A DNA stretch of 64,000 bases from Podarcis bocagei (taxonomy: Eukaryota): the NCBI GenBank assembly GCA_964188305.1, contig OZ076896.1; one strand, written 5' to 3'. This document shows positions 1 to 12,856 of this stretch, one piece after another. The notes below the pieces were generated by a model. It did no database searches. It worked only from the letters and a program-made list of their open reading frames with translations, and was not told the DNA's origin. Numbering within the stretch: position 1 is the stretch's first letter; each line of letters opens with the position of its first letter. Both the position numbers and the translations under genes were made by a program.

Positions 1-179
1 ATTTCAAAATGTAGAATTTCATACCAACAAAATACACATTTTAGCAATCTGGTTTATCTTTTTTCAAGCTGTAAAAAGAGGCACATCTCATCTAAACATA
101 TGCTCATAAACATTATTATAGAATACGTAATATATTGTCAAAACGGAAAGGGGGAAATCTTGAAAGCGAGTTTCAAATA

Positions 180-650
180 CAGTGGTACCTGCGGTTGTGA
201 ACGGGATCCATTCCAGAGGTCTGGCCGCATCCCAAGGAATTCACAACCGGAGGACCGCTTCTGCACATGCGTGTGGCACGTAGAACGCTTCTGCGCATGC
301 ACGTATGGCGAAACCCAGGAAAATACAGTGGTACCTCTGGATACGAACAGGATCTGTTCCAGAGCCCCATTCGCATCCTGAAGTAAACGTAACACGCGAC
401 TGCACGTCTGTGCGTGCGAGGGTCGCGTTTCGCCACTTCTGCGCATGAGCGTGACGTCATTTTGAGCGTCTGTGCATGTGGCGAAACCTGGAAGTAACAC
501 GTTCCGTTACTTCCGGGTCATCGTGGAGCGCAACCTGAAAATACTTAACTTGAAGCTACTTCAACCCAAGGTATGACTACTTCTGGGTTTGCTGCATTCG
601 CATCCCGAAGTTTACATATCCAGATTGATACGTAAGCGGAGGTACGACTG
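180..650. mobile_element. Tc1/mariner-pogo type MITE containing a nested related copy (326-~577)
   Basis: TA-CAGTGGTACCT...AGGTACGACTG-TA; second TA-CAGTGGTACCTC at 326. Confidence 0.85.
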
Positions 651-1470
651 TATTGTTATGGAAGCTGCAAATGTTGTAGTAATAATGCAACTGAATGGAC
701 TTTTCAGTGGTGGCCTCCACTTATGGAATATGCTCTCCCCAGGCACCATCACTGCCTGGCTTTAGACCAGGCAAATACACTGTTATTTACCCAAGTCTTC
801 GGCCCTTAAATTGGAGGGTTAACTCATTATATCTATGGCCTCTTGTTGTGCTCATCCTTTTAAGTGGGATGGGTAGAATTCAACATTTATATATGCATAT
901 AAATATCTAGACTAAGATTTTAGGTTTTTGTTTTATTGCTGTTGTTATATTTGGTTTTAATATTTCTTGGGGGTTTTTTTCCTATTCAAATGAAATAAAT
1001 AAATAATGTGACTGGGAACACAGAACATGTGCACAGCATGGATGAAAATAAATCCACTGCAGGTATTGAATAGAAAAAGCCCCTTCCTAGATTTTGAACT
1101 GTCTTCCTAATATATTCCAGGAAAACTGGAGCTTGGGTCGTATATACTGAAAATACCTTCCGCTCCTCCCCTCTGTTCCACTGCAATTTCAAATGTCAGC
1201 AGAGAATTGTCCATTGATTATAACCATCAATGCCCTGTGTTGGGAGAACAAGGACATAACTGTGCCACTCTCAAGGGCCTTGGCCAGTTTGGGAAGAATT
1301 TTTATGGTGTGTGTTTTTTTCTGAGCTGTTTAGGAGCAAGCTGACTCTAGGGTCAAAAGAAACAGGAACCTTTTTGTTTTATACCACAGTTACATGAGAG
1401 TAAGCATACTGACTTGAAAGATACACACTTCCTATACAAAAAGTGCTTTCATGAAGGAGACACTATAGAA

Positions 1471-1800
1471 CAGAGATGTCCAACAGGTCGACTGTGATCT
1501 ACTGGTAGTTCCCCATGGTGGATCTCTGACTCCTACCACGCCCCTTCACCCCACCCTCCATTCTTGTATGATCTCTGGAAGGGAAGACGGAGCTTTCTCT
1601 GTGCTGCTGTTTTGATCCACAGTGATCTTTTTGTGAGTGACTTTACCCCTTTGTCCCTTGCCTTTAACCCCCCCCCCCATGGAACTGCCCTCCCAAAAAG
1701 CTTTTTTTGTAACCCCTAAAACCCCCAAAATGGAGGTAGATCACTACCAGTTTTTAATTCTGAAAGTAGATTGCAGTCTCTTGAGAGTTGGCCACCCATG
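1471..1800. mobile_element. hAT-type MITE
   Basis: 8-bp TSD CTATAGAA (1463-1470, 1801-1808); imperfect CAG..CCAAC / GTTGG..CATG termini. Confidence 0.8.
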
Positions 1801-1975
1801 CTATAGAAGATTACCCTGAACCTTGGGAAAATGTTAAGACAGAAATAGTTTCCAGATTTTTAAAAATGTAAGCCACAATGCTATAGAAACATTTACCTAG
1901 GACTAAGTCCCACTGAACCTAGCAGGAACGACTTCTGAGTAAGTGAGCACAGAACTGCGCTGCATTTCATACAAA

Positions 1976-2103
1976 CCAGGAAGGCCTTTCGGACATTGCT
2001 GGACTCCAACTCCCATCAGTCCCAGCTGGAATCATCAGTGGCCAAGAATGATGGGAGCTGGAGTCAAGGAGCACCTAGAAGGACACAGACTCACCGCCCC
2101 AAT
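1976..2103. mobile_element. Small palindromic non-autonomous DNA element
   Basis: GACTCCAACTCCCATCA...TGATGGGAGCTGGAGTC internal inverted repeat. Confidence 0.6.
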
Positions 2104-2867
2104 GTAAACTAGAAGGTTAGTAAACTGCACAAAACCTAACATCATTGTTTTGTCCAGGGATAGGGTGAGATGGGGAAACTGAATTCAGTCTAAATTTTGG
2201 TAATGCCACACCTCCAGCCCTTTCATAACTGGCCTCCATAGCACTTTCTCAAAATTCTAAATATGCCACTGGTCCAGAATGATTGGCAACCACTGAATTA
2301 TGTGAATGGCTTACAAAAAAAAGAGTAAGTTAACAGCAGACCTTGATAAGGGTTAGAGAGGCTTTAGCCTCTACATTCCCTGCCCCACAACTACAGTCCC
2401 AATATGAACTGTGGGGGCCACAGCTTCTATTAACATTCAAAGAAAAGCTTCCATTAGTACAGTTTAATACAAATAGGTGGTGCAAAGGGACCAATCTGGG
2501 CCAGGTATACAAGGGGGAGAAAAATATTAAAGCCCCCCCTTACTGCACCAGGGTCTTGATCTGGATCACACATGCATATACAGGCACACACACTTGCTTT
2601 TAAAAAAGCAATTATGTGAATGGTGTCTTGTCCAGTTTGGCCTTAGACTGACTCCAACTACATTCATCCTAAAATAGTTTCCTCGTGTCAGTCTGATGAG
2701 CTAGCAGCCCATGAGATGAATGCAAGAAAAGGCATCTCTGGAAACAATGGTATCATAAGCATTTTACATCACAATGGAGATTCAGTTTCTGACTATAATG
2801 GCAAAACTAAGAACCTTGAGGAATGGTACTGAAACATTCTCAAGATCACAACACAGATTAGGTATGC

Positions 2868-2871
<4 letters not shown>

Positions 2872-2917
<46 letters not shown>
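2872..2917. repeat. (CA)n microsatellite
   Basis: Direct inspection. Confidence 0.97.
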
Positions 2918-2923
<6 letters not shown>

Positions 2924-2966
2924 ATATTGCTACTAAATAAGAGTGACTGAAGTTGTGTTAGGTTAC

Positions 2967-3052
2967 TACTGAAGGGCAAAGAAAGATTGCAGAATATACT
3001 GGTCGACTGTAGGTACAAAATTAGAGGTTAACATTTATTTCCAACGGTCAAT
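2967..3052 (-). other. Candidate 5' UTR exon 2 of the downstream gene
   Basis: Strong acceptor CTACCTTTCACTTTCAG|ATT at 3052; weaker donor GTA|GTAACC. Confidence 0.35.
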
Positions 3053-3515
3053 CTGAAAGTGAAAGGTAGTAAACTAACCAGATGTTTAATCTCTATTCCA
3101 GTTACAACTCAACACCTCAAGAGGCTTGAAGTCCTCTGAAAGGCAAGTACAAATAAATGCTGAAAATGAGCACATATTCCATAACGCTAAACACACCCAT
3201 AAAATATTCAAATCTATACTGCATGTGCTTTCACATCCACAGGATTTAGATTAATCGAGAAAGCTGTAGTCTAAAAATCACCTGATATCTTAATGAGGCA
3301 GGATTCTCAATATAATGCATCTGCACTTTCAAATGACAAATCAGTCATTTTACTGATTTTATTCCTGGACTCCTAAATATGATTTCATATGATGCTATTT
3401 TTCTCTTAATTTTTTTTGGTTCAATTGTTGTGTTTTTAACATTTTTATTGTAAGGTGCCTTAAATGGAGGGATAAAAATAAATACCCTGAGTACAGATAA
3501 AGGCAACGGTGCCTA

Positions 3516-3767
3516 GCCAGTGTGGTGTAGTGGTTAAGAGCGGTAGTCATGTAATCTGGGGAACCGGGTTCGCGTCTCCGCTCCTCCACATGCAGCTGCT
3601 GGGTGACCTTGGGCCAGTCACACTTCTTTGAAGTCTCTCAGCCCCACTCACCTCACAGAGTGTTTGTTGTGGGGGAGGAAGGGAAAGGAGATTGTTAGCC
3701 GCTTTGAGACTCCTGAAGGGGAGTGAAAGGCGGGATATCAAATCCAAACTCTTCTTCTTCTTCTTCT
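3516..3767 (+). mobile_element. tRNA-derived squamate SINE (Squam3-like)
   Basis: A-box TGGTGTAGTGG, B-box-like GGTTCGCGTC, CORE-like GTGACCTTGGGCCAGTCAC, (CTT)n tail. Confidence 0.85.
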
Positions 3768-6700
3768 AGCAAGATCAACTTGGCTCACTTTCTGCACCAG
3801 AATTATGTTCTCATTCAGAGCAACAGTTCTTCAGACTTCTTACTAAGTCCCGACTTACTCTGTGCTGTATCCAACAAGGTCATCCCATCAGCACAAGGAC
3901 TTTCATTTGTGCAACTGAACATCCCTTCCCTCTGCCTCCCCCTGTGGGATGGGGGTGGGTGGGGGAAGGAAATGATGTTGTGTGAGCAGAAGTCATTCAT
4001 GGAAGCATGGCAATTTCATGGCATTGCCCTCTGTGCCCCATGCTGCATGCAAAAGCATACCCATGCAAACATCCCACATGCCCAGTCACATTTAAACTTC
4101 CAGTGTTAGAAACTAAGATATATAAGCTAGGTGCCAAATGGCTCCTTCAACCAGGGTTACAGCCGCCAAAACTGAATGCCTATTTTCTGTTTTGGGGCCA
4201 GATGGCTTGGAAGTCATATTTTTCCATACGACTTTTTGGTTCCTGAAATTCATTCTGATTGTTCAGATAAAATATGGTGGATAGAATTCTCCAGGATGTG
4301 TTGCTAGTGTGTGAAAACAGTCAAGATTCAAGGATCCCCAGGCACACACCTCCAGATGGTGGAGAAGTCAGGCACCATTCTGGTGCCTGGGCATCTTCAC
4401 TAGGTTGCAAGTGTCTGATAGCCAAGAGCAAAATGCACCCAGCGCCTAGTGAATTTCTAATGCTGAACATAGCTGCCATGAGTGCTGATCCACACACATA
4501 TAGCGTTGGCATGACGGCAGAACACCTGTCCAGTCTGTGGGTCACTGACATGCCAATATTACACATCCATGTGCCACCCATAGTGTGTTACATATGACAG
4601 GAAACATGTAGAACACCTGCACTTCCCCCATGGCTTGTGTCACAGAAGATGCATTCTGTTAAAAGTCTTTCATGGAAGCCTGACTGCAGGCATCCAGAAA
4701 AGCCAATTTGTCAACTTAAGTTACTTGTATTGAGACAGGATTTTAATTTACCTGTTCAGAAGCTGTTTACCTCTTAATTCTGTTGTTTATGGTGACTGTT
4801 ACCTGCTGCAATTTTCTCCTACATTTCAGTGATGTTTTAAGACTGCAACTTTTGCTTTCAATCGGGCCTTGAGCATGGTTCCCAACAATGGAAAGGTGTG
4901 ATATGGCTATGGGTATTAGGGAATTTTTTTACAGCACTACTGCTATAGAACTCCCACCCATACTGACAAGCTTTTGTAATATTTGCTCATTTTCTCCTGC
5001 TTTACTGTACAAATAATACTGGAAGGACACTTGCTTTCCATGTGTTGGATGTGTGAGACGTTATTATACAGAGATCTTTGGTATTTGGCATGACAGCTGA
5101 CACTAAGAGTGTGGTTGTGTGCTTTCAGTTCTACATGTATTGCACATGCAGGTGGCATTTGTGTACAATGTATGTATGCGACATATCTAATAGACAGACA
5201 GGATGATGCACACACAGAATAATGCACACACATACACAGAGAAACACTTGTGAGCACAGAGATGTGTATAAACAAAGAGAACTCCATGTTGGCAGGTGAC
5301 TGAGGAAGTGTTGGGGATGGGGGAGAAGACAGATTATTGATAACCTTGTTCTCACCTTGGCCCTATTCACTACAGACAAATAGCTTTTTGTTGCTCTCCT
5401 GTAGCCCATACAACTGAAAACAACTTTCTTGACTACGAGCTCTCTCCCAAGACATTGAAAAGGAAGCGTCAGCCAGGACAAGAAATGGGCTGGGATTTCA
5501 CATGCCATCAACTGCTCCAGAAGCTTCCAGGACACACAACATACATATCTATCCATGAATCTAGGGCAGTCATGTTTTGGCTTTGAAAGGGATAGCAGTC
5601 ACTGAAGTCCCCAAAAACTGTTGCATGGGCAGTCAGTTTTCTGTTACTGTCCATCTCCTTAGAGCAGAATCCCTGATAATGTAACATTCCATGGAACACA
5701 GTGTGAAAGCCAATGATGTTAAGAACAGGAAGGTAGTCAGCACCACTGGTCCACAGTTCTATCAAGAAGCACAGTGACCTGTGAACGACCCAAGACTGTC
5801 AGACATGAGGATGTGGTTGAAAACATCATGGAATTCCTTGTTTACATACTCTCAAGTGATGATGGAATTATCTCCTCTAAATACTGCAACTTGTCCATAC
5901 TGTCATAAGTAAAGCACAGATCTCTTGGGCCTATATAAGATATCAATACTGGTGAGAAAAGCAACAGAAACATTTTCCCTCATTGTATTTGCCATGAAAA
6001 ATATACATGGAATAATTATGTTTCTCACACAGGTGATTATTTAAACTGGTTCATTGTGAAAAACGAGATCATTTTAGCCAGCCTTAGTCCCTCGCCACTA
6101 CTATCCCTAAGCAACAGATGTTTCCTAATGCTTGCAGCGTGCAGTTACATTCAAACCCAATGACTGAAAGCTTTTTACGTCATGCATGCGCATGCTTGCG
6201 TTTTGTGGGATTTGCCAAGCAGAACCACTTGCCTGTATTTGATTAGACAGTTCTGCATGGATCTGTGTACACAGGATATATCATTCCGGCTGCATTAAGC
6301 ACCCCGGACACAAACTCTGGCACATATAACAAAAGACTATAAATAGCTTTTTCAAATCAGACCTGCAGCATAACAACTCTGGCTGTTTCTTTTAACTGCG
6401 ATAGTTTTTCACAACTGGGGCTTGCAGTATTTCTTTTGATGAAATGCACACTTAACCACCATAATCACACAGATTAAACCTCTTGAGTCATTTAGCACCC
6501 GTGCATTAAAACTCCACAGAGGGGCTTCCAAGATGGCACCAGCTAGCCCCACTCCATAGATGCAGACTTCCACAATCAGTGTCATTCTGAAGCAGGGTCT
6601 GGGTGTGGGGTGTGCATATGGGTGTTATATGCGCAGGGCTCCCTTCACTGAGATAGGAACACTCACCCATTAACACAGTAGATTCATATAGTGGACAATA

Positions 6701-6874
6701 ACCAGAAAAGGCGGGAGAGAAGACCTACAGCATGGCTTTTTCTGCAGCACCCTGATTATGGAACTCCCTTTCTAGTGAATCTCAAAATGTTTTAATTCAC
6801 CCAGGCATTGAGTACCTGAAGTTTTTAGCAGCCTTTGAGGTTGCTGGTTTGCGTTTTAGTTTGTGTATTATTTA

Positions 6875-7232
6875 GGGACGCGGGTGGCACTGTGGATAAA
6901 ACCTCAGCGCCTAGGACTTGCCGATCGCATGGTCGGCGGTTCGAATCCCCGCAGCAGGGTGCGCTCCTGTCTTTTGGTCCCAGCACCTGCCAACCTAGCA
7001 GTTCGAAAGCACCTCCGGGTGCAAGTAGATAAATAGGGACCGCTTACCAGCGGGAAGGTAAACGGCGTTCCGTGTGCTGCGCTGGCTCGCCAGATGCAGC
7101 TTTGTCACGCTGGCCACATGACCCGGAAGTGTCTGCGGACAGCGCTGGCTCCCAGCCTATAGAGTGAGATGAGCGCACTACCCTAGAGTCTGTCAAGACT
7201 GGCCCGTACGGGCAGGGGTACCTTTACCTTTA
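6875..7232 (+). mobile_element. Sauria SINE (Squam1), full length
   Basis: GGGACGCGGGTGGC start, B box GGTTCGAATCC, (ACCTTT)n tail, 10-bp TSD GTATTATTTA at 6865 and 7233. Confidence 0.93.
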
Positions 7233-7469
7233 GTATTATTTAACTTAACGTTGTATGGCTGCCCTGGGCTCCTTCTGGAGGAAGGCTGGGATAAAAACCC
7301 AGTAAATATACAACAGTGGAGCCCTATATCCCCCTCATCGGGTCACCTCTGGATTGGTGCCAGTGTCTAGTATGAAAGGTCAGCCAGCATGTACTCAGAA
7401 GCCCCTTCACACATTAGTTACCAGAAGAGGACTAATGCAACTTGCAAATCAAATTGTCTTTGTACACGG

Positions 7470-7552
7470 ATGACCATCTGTCATGGATGATTTAGCCGAG
7501 TTTCCTGCATTGCAGGGGGTTAGACTAAATGACCCTTCTATGATTCTGTGAT
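7470..7552 (+). mobile_element. CR1 LINE 3' fragment
   Basis: CCTGCATTGCAGGGGGTTAGACT...TTCTATGATTCTGTG. Confidence 0.7.
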
Positions 7553-7751
7553 AAAACTTTTGCTTCATGGGTGCTCCAAAAACGTGCACAAGTGTATTGT
7601 AAATGAGATAGTGAAGATGACACAATACACTACACTCCCCATAAACATCATAAACACAATGCTCAAGGCAGTCTTTGGATTTTGCTAGTTGTATACAGAG
7701 CTTCTGGGCCTAAAGAGAACTCAGGATTTTTGCATCCAAGTGGGTTATGAT

Positions 7752-9251
7752 TTGAGATGCAAAATTTCTGGAAACTTTGTAGCTGTGGGGAAATGAACTT
7801 TTTTTGGGAGGGGGGATGAAAAGATGCAATATTCCCTTTTTAAAAAGCACCCTTTATATATTGAAAGTCATTTTTTTACTTTGGGAACATAAAATGTATT
7901 ATGCATAACTCAGTTTACCACGTAATTATCATGTCTGATATATTAGCAGTACAGTTTATTTAGACAATAATTACAAATTGAATTTGTTTTTTAAAGTTTT
8001 TGTTAGAAATGTAACTACAAGCTACTGCCAAACTGTAAGGAACCTAACATCTCTTTGGTTTTGCCTGTTTATGAGGAACAGGCAAAAACAGAAACCATCA
8101 GCATCCAAACACAACCAAAACAAATTATTATTTATAGTAAAATTATTTTATCACCTCTAGTTCTCCACCGTGTCAAGCAGACATAAACCATCCATTTCCA
8201 TATAAAGAGCTGAGAAAAAGGGGATGGAGGACAAAACGAATTGAGTACTATATGAAATTTAATCAGTCTCTTTTTCTAAGCTATCACTATCAGTTCTCTT
8301 TCTTCTTATTTGTTATTGTATTAATCAGGGGCTTCCAACAATTGAAGATTTGCCCCAGATTGAAACATGCTTCTACTCTTTCAACATGTCAATTTATTTA
8401 TTGATTTGGTGCATTTTCAAGCATAGGCCAGTTTATTTTACATGCTGCAAAAAATGGAGGGATCTGAAGTAGGTAATAAACATGAAGACTCAGAGTCTGT
8501 GTTGTGCAAAGGCCTTGTCTCTCCGTTGCAGGAGGAATATTGCTTGGCAGAATCCCAGACTCCTTGACCAAACACCTGAAGATGTTCTGTGCTCTGCAAC
8601 ATTTCAAAGCACCTTTCCGAGGCCAAGCCCCAGGTGTACTGCCTGTTTTGTAATCCAGTCAAATGAGGAAGCTATCATCACTTAACATTCTGCCTTTAAA
8701 TCTTGGATCCAAAGGATCTGTAGCAGCATGAATTGAGTTGCAACAAAATTATTTTGCTCTGTACTTTCTGCCACTCCCAGTACTTTTGAGGCCTAGTCAG
8801 AAGGAAAGAAAATGATCCACTATGCCAGCAAGTCCACAAGCAAATAAGATACTGGATCTTTCTCCCCTCTGCTGTGACAATGGCTGTGCCCTTCAAGAGG
8901 CAGAAATGCATCTTCATTTTGCATTTGAGAGTTGAACTCTCAAAGTACAACTCAGGACTTGCCTGTTCTTAGTATACTGGAATTTTAAGGATATGATACT
9001 GTACACAGTATTACATAAGTCTTCCGGTTACACAGTTTTAGAATTCTTTTTTGGGGAGAGTACTAAATATATTAAAAGTTGTTATGAAATATTTTATATT
9101 TATTTTATAAATATAAATATATAAATATAAATTTATATATTTAAGAGTTATATTTAATAAGTCTTTTTTCAGAAAAAAACAAAGCAAAACAAAAGGCTTT
9201 TGGGGAGGGGATCAGTTTTCCCATGGATTTTCCCAGGCCTTCACACTTCTA
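7752..9251 (-). mobile_element. Decayed hAT DNA transposon with transposase remnants (~8260-8950)
   Basis: Minus-strand fragments FCCNSIHAATDPLDPRFKG and GLCTTQTLS...LLQIPPFFAACKINW resemble the hAT IHAAAY.LDP and dimerisation-domain IP.TSA.SER.WS motifs; frameshifted; boundaries approximate. Confidence 0.65.
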
Positions 9252-10639
9252 GTCGTGTTGTAGGTATACATTACTGATAATGCATTAGAACAGAGGTTTC
9301 TGGAATTTCAAAATATGCATAAATACGGGTAGCTTAAGGTGGCAGCAAAGGGGACCTTTGCTAGAAATATATAATAGTTTTGTAATCTGAAAATGTTTTG
9401 TACTTGGGCAACCACCATGGCTTATCATTGCTGTTGAATCAAGGTGTTAACCTTTAACTTCCTTTAAAGCTACAACCTCTCTCTTGCCATGCGTGGCTCC
9501 TGGTCGCCAACATGAAGGCGCTTCTGCAGAATAGAGATGCAGTGAAAATGGTATGCAACAGTGAAGATCAGACTCCATGAGAACGGGGTCAGAAAGATTC
9601 CAGTCTGTCATGCAGAGGAATCCTGGCTGCCAAGAGCTCTCCATAGTGCTACTTCCTTTTATGGACAATGAGTCAAAGCAGCAGCACCAAGGAGAGTCAT
9701 TGAAGCACGCTCAGAGAGAGGGAGACAGCACACAAACTACGCTTCAGCACTATTCCTTGGCACAGCTTCAGTACTCTAGCTCAGCAATGACAGAGATGCA
9801 TTTCAGCAGACTGAGAGGCAGAGGCTGCACAGCAGCAGGCAACTAATTTCGGTCACCTTATTCGCCGAAATTAAACTTGCAGAAGAACAGGCAGTGGGGC
9901 GGCACCTGCTTTGTTTTAACGCTTTGCCATTTCTTTCTGCAAGACCTTGGGAAACACAAAGAGTGTGGTGTAGCTAAACAATGTTGCTACCTACAAAGGC
10001 CTGCCATTGTGTAGAAATGTTTGGCATTTTCTTGCAATGGAAAAAAATAGTACATGGCGCGCGCCCCCCTTGCAAAGCACAGAGAGCAGCGCAAGATCAA
10101 AGACCCTCATGCCACACTGAAATAAACAAACACACATGGATTGCACCTATAAGTCTGGACTTCATATTGTATGTAGCATATATTGCACAACCTAGACAAC
10201 ATCTTACTGCATATACAATTGCAAAATACTGTGCCCATCTAAGTACAACAGCCTTAAGAGAGGCCACACAATACTACATAACTATTGGCATACTCTAGCA
10301 GTTTTTTTTTAAAAATCCTGCTATCCAGAAGCTAGAGAAGAGAGTGTGTGTTCTAAAGCCTGGCACATGTGTTGCAAGGCTGACATTTCTGAGCACATGC
10401 CGTATAAAAAAAACCATATGCACATGATTTATGCTCAGTCCGTAGAGACACACTTAACATAATGTATATAACCTACACAACGTGGAATAGTTTTTTTCAG
10501 ACCGGCACTTGAGGAAAAAACAACACACACACACTTTGTGAATGCAAATGTATTATCTACTTATGGGCGCACACAAAGCACCATTGGAAACAATATTCCT
10601 GAAAGCACGAAGGCATTTTGCCTTTCAGACTTGGGCTAC

Positions 10640-11530
10640 ATCGCGCCAAGGAAGCGGACCGCCAGAATCCCGCGGCGTGTAACGAAGGGAGACAAACGTA
10701 CACACAACCCAAATGTTTACAAGCGCGCGCGCGCCCGCAGATACACACACAGGCGGTGCGCTGCACCTCGGTCGCCGGGCGCGCGCGCCTCCTCGGCCGC
10801 TAGACCTCCTCGCCTCGCGGGCACGGCTCTCGGCGGAGCCTCACCCAGCCCTTCGTTTCTCCCCGGCTCTGCTCACGGGGCTCTTCCCAGGTGCAAAGGG
10901 CGCGCCTTCTTGGCGCATCCGCAGCCGCCGCCGGCCTCTCCTCAGCCCAGCCCACCCCGACCTTACTCTCCTTGCCGCAGCGGCGGCGGCGCCCCCTCGC
11001 TTGCTCGCCTACCTGCCTTCCAGGGTGCCGGGGCCTGAGGGGCCGCGTCCCGGCCGCCGGCGACGCTGCGACGGCGAGCGAGCCAGAGAGGAGAGGCCGG
11101 CCGCCCCGCCCCGCACTCTTATTCCGCGGGCCCGGGGCGGGGATTGTGTGTCTGGCGAGGCGGAGGAGCCACTCCAGCGCCTGCCTCCCCGTCCGCCTGT
11201 TCGCAGCTTCTGGCCCGCCCACCGCCGCCGCCGCCTCGCTCGCCTTCCTGCCTTCCTTCCGTCCTTCCTGGAGAGACGGACTCCGGCCTGCAGGCGGCGC
11301 AGGGATTGGCGAGTCCTTGAACCTTCTCAGGCTCGCGGGGGCCTTGGATGGAGCCGCCCTGCGAGGCGGCAGTTTCGGGGTCCCTGCGCGCGCCTTTGCG
11401 CTCGAGCCACCTGATGGAGCAGGTGGCGACGTCCCCAAGGGAGAAAGGGCAAGTCTTGGGGCGCCTTAAAATAGGGGCGTGGTCAGGATTTATGTAAAGG
11501 GAGGGAGGACACGCGCCTGGTCCTCCTCCT
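10640..11530 (-). promoter_or_regulatory. CpG island promoter of the downstream minus-strand gene (MACIR/C5orf30 by synteny)
   Basis: Very GC/CpG-rich; GC boxes at ~11101-11142; CCAAT (ATTGG on +) at 11305. In human the gene order is GIN1-PPIP5K2-MACIR, with PPIP5K2 and MACIR co-oriented. Confidence 0.8.
10967..11095 (-). other. MACIR: Probable non-coding first exon of MACIR (5' end approximate)
   Basis: Donor GGAGA|GTAAGG at 10967 inside the CpG island; gene identity from synteny only. Confidence 0.55.
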
Positions 11531-11658
11531 CCTCTGCATGGCTCTGCCTAACTGCAGATTCGGGATGAAAGGGCTCCACCTTAAAATACTTCCGTTGGAC
11601 CCCAAGGACTCAGAAAAAAGGCTGCCCCAAATCTTCAGTCATTCGAAAACTAGGAAGT

Positions 11659-11660
<2 letters not shown>

Positions 11661-11734
<74 letters not shown>
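11661..11734. repeat. (AAT)n microsatellite
   Basis: About 24 perfect units. Confidence 0.97.
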
Positions 11735-11736
<2 letters not shown>

Positions 11737-12632
11737 TAACATCGGGGAGTTCCTTTCATGTGGTAAATGAGTCTTGCAAAACTACAAAGAACACACCTGT
11801 TTTCATCTTTTTTGAAAAAGGAAAAAAAACAGTGCTAAAACAAGTTTTCTTGCGTTTGCTGAAAACCTTTTCGGCACTTCCTTCTCAAATTCCTTTTTCC
11901 AATGCAGTTTTCTTGTGCATATTCAGTAAGCATAGCCCATTCCTATTTTTAAATATTTGTATTTTTATTTACTTGATAGTTGGGGGGCTCTGGCTAGACT
12001 CTGTAACTTAAAAGACTAGCAGGTTGGCAGCGTGAGCCTGGCCATTCGTTCCTGGAAGTAAACCACACTATTTCTGTGTGTTGCAGCCTTATTGCAGTGT
12101 AACTTTTTCCTTTAGCCTGCGAAAACTTAAGTAACAGTAAAGGCCTCAAGTTGCCAGAAAGATTCCCATCAGGTTCTTTTTTATGTACCTCGGCTAAATG
12201 CTATGCCAGGGGCGTTGCTAAGTACGTAATCAGGATTGGGAGCGGGGATGACAGTTTAGAGATGTGAATGCACATATGCAGCAGGGCAGCACATCCATGT
12301 GGCAGACTGAGGCACATGGGTGCCCCACTCATCCCTATCGCAAGAGAAGTGGTCTGAGGTGATCTTGCAGGAAACGGCAGCTGTGCAACCCTGGTAAGTG
12401 AGGCTTCAGGACAGGGCGGCAGTGGCAGTTCCCATTTTGCCTCAGGTAGCAAAACAAGATGAGCCACCCCTGCTGTGTAGGGATGCCTCTGGCACATTCA
12501 GATGGGAGGTGGCTGCAGTCTCACAAGCATTGTGCATTACAATAGACCCAGGGGCTCTATATGCTAAATTTATTGGGGTGGGAACAATACAGTAGCATAG
12601 GAAGCTTTCTCAGACCATTGATTCATTTAGAT

Positions 12633-12848
12633 CAGGGGCCAGCAAACCTTGTGGGGGGCCGGACTATATTTTGAAGGGGGGGGGGAGAACGAATTCCTAT
12701 GGCCCACAAATAACCCAGAGGTGCATTTTAAATAAAAGCACACATTCTACTCATGTAAAAGCACACAGATTCCCGGACCGTCTGCGGACCGGATTTAGAA
12801 GGCAATTGGGCTGGATCTGGCTCCCGGGCCTTAGTCTGCCTACCCATG
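12633..12848. mobile_element. hAT MITE A
   Basis: Termini CAGGGGCCAGCAAAC / GTCTGCCTACCCATG; TSD ATTTAGAT / ATCTAGAT. Confidence 0.8.
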
Positions 12849-12856
12849 ATCTAGAT

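Noticed and set aside
3516-3590. tRNA-like A/B boxes (also at 6875 and ~18090)
   Set aside because: SINE heads, not tRNA genes; they continue into SINE bodies and tails
10538-11469. Overlapping 166-233 aa ORFs on both strands
   Set aside because: Low-complexity R/A/P/G frames expected from a stop-poor CpG island; no recognisable domain
11538-12011. 157-aa ORF with poly-Asn
   Set aside because: Product of the (AAT)n microsatellite
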